DNA of 64,000 bases from Ophelia neglecta (lineage: Eukaryota): positions 80,662,001-80,726,000 of the forward strand of contig OZ260664.1 in NCBI GenBank assembly GCA_965285935.1, read 5' to 3'. Below the pieces are notes generated by a model. That model did not search any database, was not told the origin of the DNA, and saw only the letters and a list, made by a program, of their open reading frames with translations. The number at the start of each line of letters is the position of its first letter. Positions within the stretch are counted from its first letter, which is position 1. The position numbers were made by a program, and so were the translations under genes. Shown here in pieces: positions 60,101-64,000 of this stretch.

Positions 60101-60479
60101 TTTCTTTGCTTTCATGCATCTGCTCACCAAACCTCCTTTTTATTTATTTTTTGTTTCCCATGAACTGTGATCAAATATCCAAGAACCCCCCCCCCCCCTG
60201 CTTTTCCTTGTGTCTGTATAAAATATCATATTCTAACTATTTTGTTTTGCATCATTTTTTTTTGAAAAATTGGGGGAAATATACAAAATTTGACAGAATC
60301 TATTATCGACACTTTGTAAAACTGATCGCCAAAGACAAAGAAGCCTGCTTTCTGATATATTGTATCCTGTACAATTAAATGGTTCATCACATAATTATCA
60401 CATCAAAATACATTAGACTTAGCTAAAGCAGACCAGCAGCATCATAGTTCAGTTTGACACAAATTCTTCTCATGGTCAA

Positions 60480-60686
60480 CTAGATCCACATGGGCTCCCA
60501 TTCCTCCTCCTCATCATCATCATCGTTGTCATTCATCACCACACCTTGGAAGAGTTGGTTGAAGCATTTGGAGCTGGTGCTGTTAAAATGGGAGTAGGGA
60601 TCCCCGCGACTCAGGCTGGCCATACATAGCCAGCAGAAGTACGAACGACACTTGGTACAAGTCATCTTGTTGCAACCATCAACTTT
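60480..60686 (-). CDS. RNF14: RNF14 coding exon 6 (RING2 with catalytic Cys in GCNKM)
   Basis: [21 protein letters not shown]...DPYSHF...EWEPMWI*. Confidence 0.94.
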   Translation of the reverse strand, partial: [68 protein letters not shown]

Positions 60687-63600
60687 CTGAAAAGTTGGAA
60701 CCAATATTTTATTTATATGGCAAAAGTACTAAGAATGTTTTTTGAATGTTAGAGTGAGTCATATTAAACAAATATGGAAGACTGGCCAACATGTGTTGAA
60801 AAAAAAAAGCTGCCTCCTCCAACATGACAGCAATTATTGTAAAATTCATTAAGATTTGACAAAGTGAAATTATACAGTCAGCTATTTAACATCAATAAAC
60901 TCATTCAAAAATTGACTGAATGATCTAATTGTTTGGTAGGTCAGACTGTAGGAGTTGATGTGGGCAGAGTAGAGTTTGTCCTTGGTATTAACATATGCAT
61001 AATAAGCCCATAGAGCGGATTGTTACCTGTATATGAGTTCCACAGTGAGGACACTGTTTGCTGTACTCTGCCAGCCAGTCCTGGGTAAAGCTGTCCTCTA
61101 TGATATGAGTGATCACCTTACGGCCATATCTCTTCTCCATCAACTTCTTATGTGCCTCAGTGGCATTAACAAACTCATCTCGCAGTTTCTTCACTTCATC
61201 TGAAGGTTAATACACAGTGATGAATTTGGTTCAATAAGACTCAATAGTGTTTTCTTACTAAAACATTTATTGACAATTTATAATCATCCCAAAGCTGTTT
61301 AAAAAGGATATCTGGCAATTCATTTTCAGTTAACTTTAAAAAGTAGCTTGTTATGACCATGGTCAATTCAGTTGAACACCTCATTATGTTAAATAAAAAT
61401 ATCTTCTACTAGATTTTTAAAATGGAAGATGCGTTTCATTGCAATATAATTTTTATTGGTTTGATCATATAAAAGTCAGACTTACCAGCCTTGATCTTAC
61501 ACGGGGACACCCCATGGTAGACCATCTTGCAGTAAATACAAAAGACGTAATTACACATAGGACAACTTCCCACATTGTTGTCCACCATGACAGCACATGC
61601 ACACGCCTTGCGTGGACAGTACATGATGTCAGCCATCGTATCCAGGGACGACTGGAGCAGCAGACGGTCATAGCGCGCAAACAACTCAGCACTCACAAGC
61701 TCCTTTACCTGAAAGCAACCACACAAAACAAGAATCAATTGACAGCTGTTACACTTATAATAGGCTACGACATCAGTTTTACAAGAAGACATGTGTTTCT
61801 ATTTATTAAAATGAGAAAGCTAATACCCCCTTACTATCAAAATACTACTTTTTAATTCTGCCCTTTCTCTGTAGCAAATAGAACATTCTCATTATCAAAA
61901 GTCTTCATTTCTTAATTCTCATTGCTAAAATAGTCTAGGCCTATTTGTCAGTTCTCATATTAATTATAATCCACCCCCTTGAAGAGCCTCAGATTAGAGT
62001 TTACCTGAGCAGGGTGAGCCTGGGACTCACACTTATTACTGGGACAGGTCAGACACTTGACACTGCCGTCATTGATCTGAATCTCAAAATAGCCTTTCAT
62101 ACACTCCTTACAGTAGACGTGATTACAGCCGGTGAACTGCAGACACAACTCGCCCAGCTTCTCCTGGAAGCACACCTGACAGGTAAACAGAGTAGTCCTG
62201 AACACAAACAAATGCTGGTCCTTATTGTGCTCCAACAGGGTCGGCAAAAGTAAAGACTGCGATGCTATGTCCTGTACGGCGCGTGGGTCATGTGACTGGT
62301 CCCCATCATTCGATTGGCTTTCTTGGTCAGTTGAGCTGTTAGTATCACAAAGCTTGTTAGTGTCCTTAGCACCAATGTTATCAGTAGTGTCGGAGCAGTC
62401 TGCTTTACTTTTTTTGCGTTTGGTTCTGTGCTCCACCACTGACGACAGATCCAATGGTGATTTTATACCCAGGAAATCGGCACATTCATCTTTGAGAAAA
62501 CTGGTCCACAAAAACAGGACAACCTCGCCTTGGTTCTCCTCCCATAGCTCATCTAAATGTTTGCATAGTCTTGACAACTGCAAAAGAAACATATGACATG
62601 AACCTCCAGTAGATGTTGGTACCTTTATTTATGTATCTTATGAACCAAATATTAAAAATATTTTCCAGTGTTTTGACACATAGGGCCTAATAATAATACA
62701 CTCTATAGAGATTACCAAAATATATAGGAAAAACTGTATAAAAATGAAAGAACATTTTGAGGTTCTCTCTTGATAATACCCAAGAGCAATGGGCAACCAC
62801 TGTGTGTAGTTTTCAGGATTTTAAATAAAAATGGCAGCAATTGCCAGCCAAGGTCCTGAAGATTACAATGAAAAAGGTACTATATTAGCATATATAGCCT
62901 AAAGTCTATACAAACTCTTTCCTAGCTTGTTCATTCTTTATTTCAAGTGGAGGCCAAGAGTTTTTATTTTTGCTGTAGGCACAGATATTCTGAGAGCAGG
63001 TAACTTATAGATTTTGTGAGCTGAGTTTTAAAGATTAGCTGACTTTTTCAGCTATACGCTTGTAGTGTTGTCCACCTAAGGTCCACAGAGTCCATACCCA
63101 GACTTGTCCTATATTCTCAGACTGCCCTACTGTCAACACTGTATGCCACACCTGGCACACTTACTCTAAATGACAATTCAGCTGATAACAGATCATAAGT
63201 TTAATTTAGAAATTCACCTGACTGCCCCCAGTTAGGCTCTCAGATATCCAAATAGCGGTTCAAGTGGCTTATCCCATTTATTACAGTACGTTTTTTCACA
63301 ACATGAGACATGGCATGAGTTGTTTGTTTACACTCATTTCATTGGTTCAGACTTGAGCATAATTTCAATACACTGCCATAAAAGGGTTGTGTCATCCATG
63401 TCACTGACAGCTTCCTCACCATCAGGAAACTTCATATTAGTCAAGAGGGGAGTGATTTACATAATCTTAGCTTAAGCCTAATATAACTTTATATGTATTG
63501 TAGGATCATACCTGGGATTTGGTGAGCCATTTACATGAGAGGGTAAAACATGGTGGACGAGTAGAGGGGTAGTCACTAGGTAGCTGGAATAGTAACACAA

Positions 63601-63954
63601 CAGGTGGCAAATGATGGACCTCTTGGCAGTCACCTGAAATTAAGATGAATATTCATAAGTTCATGTACAGGCTAAAACACATCCCCAGCTTTACAAATTC
63701 TGTGCATTAAGACAGCTAACTTACCCTTGTTAGCACCCACTGAGATGACAAATGGTTGGGGCAGGTCTAGGTGAGTCAGTTAACTTACCCTTGTTAGCAC
63801 CCACTGAGATGACAAATGGTTGGGGCAGGTCTAGATGTGCAGCAAACTGACCCTCGGGCCGGCCATCCTCCCCAGTCTGACAAGTGAATATAACGTTCTC
63901 ATATATGCTATCCAACGCCATAATTTCATCTTCTTGTGCTTCGGCATCACTCAT
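60480..63954 (-). CDS. RNF14: E3 ubiquitin-protein ligase RNF14 (RWD-RING1-IBR-RING2); exons 63954-63789, 63633-63512, 62577-62005, 61708-61486, 61199-61027, 60686-60480; 487 aa
   Basis: MSDAEAQEDEIMALDSIY start; RWD LPSDYPSTRPP...CKWL; RING1 CQVCFQEKLG..C..F..CNHVYCKECM; IBR YCPRKAC...CPMCNYVFCIYCKMVYHGVSPC; RING2 [30 protein letters not shown]; acidic tail; all GT-AG with matching phases, 1464 nt total. Confidence 0.96.
61027..61199 (-). CDS. RNF14: RNF14 coding exon 5
   Basis: DEVKKLRDEF...LMEKRYGRKVI...[11 protein letters not shown]; phase 1 to phase 0. Confidence 0.93.
61486..61708 (-). CDS. RNF14: RNF14 coding exon 4 (IBR)
   Basis: VKELVSAELFARYDRLLLQSSLD...SPCKIKA; phase 0 to phase 1. 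Confidence 0.94.
62005..62577 (-). CDS. RNF14: RNF14 coding exon 3 (RWD end, linker, RING1)
   Basis: LSRLCKHLDELWEE...HPAQ; phase 0 to phase 0. Confidence 0.94.
63512..63633 (-). CDS. RNF14: RNF14 coding exon 2 (RWD YPxxxP)
   Basis: GDCQEVHHLPPVVLLFQLPSDYPSTRPPCFTLSCKWLTKSQ; phase 1 to phase 0. Confidence 0.92.
63717..63834. repeat. Perfect 54-bp direct duplication (63717-63770 and 63781-63834) of the RNF14 exon-1 end plus its splice donor
   Basis: TAACTTACCCTTGTTAGCACCCACTGAGATGACAAATGGTTGGGGCAGGTCTAG occurs twice, 64 nt apart. Confidence 0.95.
63789..63954 (-). CDS. RNF14: RNF14 coding exon 1 (RWD N-terminal half)
   Basis: ATG at 63954; donor AGG|GTAAGT, phase 1; upstream acceptor ccttttcag at 63969 implies a non-coding exon beyond the window. 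Confidence 0.9.
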
Positions 63955-64000
63955 TTTGTCTCATGCAGCTGAAAAGGAGAGCTCATAGATACAGAAAGTG

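Noticed and set aside
57952-60150. Definite RNF14 poly(A) site
   Set aside because: Several minus-strand AATAAA candidates (around 60140, 60053, 59917 and 57952); cannot choose without 3' end data

Overview
Eukaryotic (metazoan, most likely marine invertebrate) AT-rich genomic DNA with GT-AG spliceosomal introns. No prokaryotic features, CRISPR array, rRNA or tRNA gene was seen. Two convergent protein-coding genes can be assembled by hand with consistent splice phases. (1) On the + strand, from before base 1 to 51746, is a large MTUS1/MTUS2 (ATIP/TIP150)-family microtubule-associated coiled-coil gene. It has at least 16 coding exons (at least 1884 aa in the window), an N-terminal CAP-Gly domain, a long disordered S/K/E-rich middle, the MTUS C-terminal coiled coil and a C-terminal QSDV. 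(2) On the - strand, 63954-60480, is a complete 6-coding-exon RNF14 (RWD-RING1-IBR-RING2 RBR E3 ligase, 487 aa). The most interesting structure is inside the 20-kb intron 22388-42304 of the MTUS gene. It holds a series of ATG-initiated ORF segments that each end in a phase-1 splice donor matching the phase-1 acceptor of the coiled-coil core exon at 42305, i.e. a candidate cassette of alternative first exons. These would give different N-terminal tags: one resembling the human ATIP1/MTSG1 N-terminus (with an upstream RFX X-box), one transmembrane, one N-myristoylation-like, and others. Other features: a 2.4-kb three-level higher-order minisatellite that grew out of an exon/donor junction, a duplicated exon-end plus donor in RNF14, a 53/89-bp tandem array anchored on a fold-back palindrome, and small repeats/MITE-like remnants. 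All gene models are manual, have no transcript support, and comparisons with human proteins are from memory.
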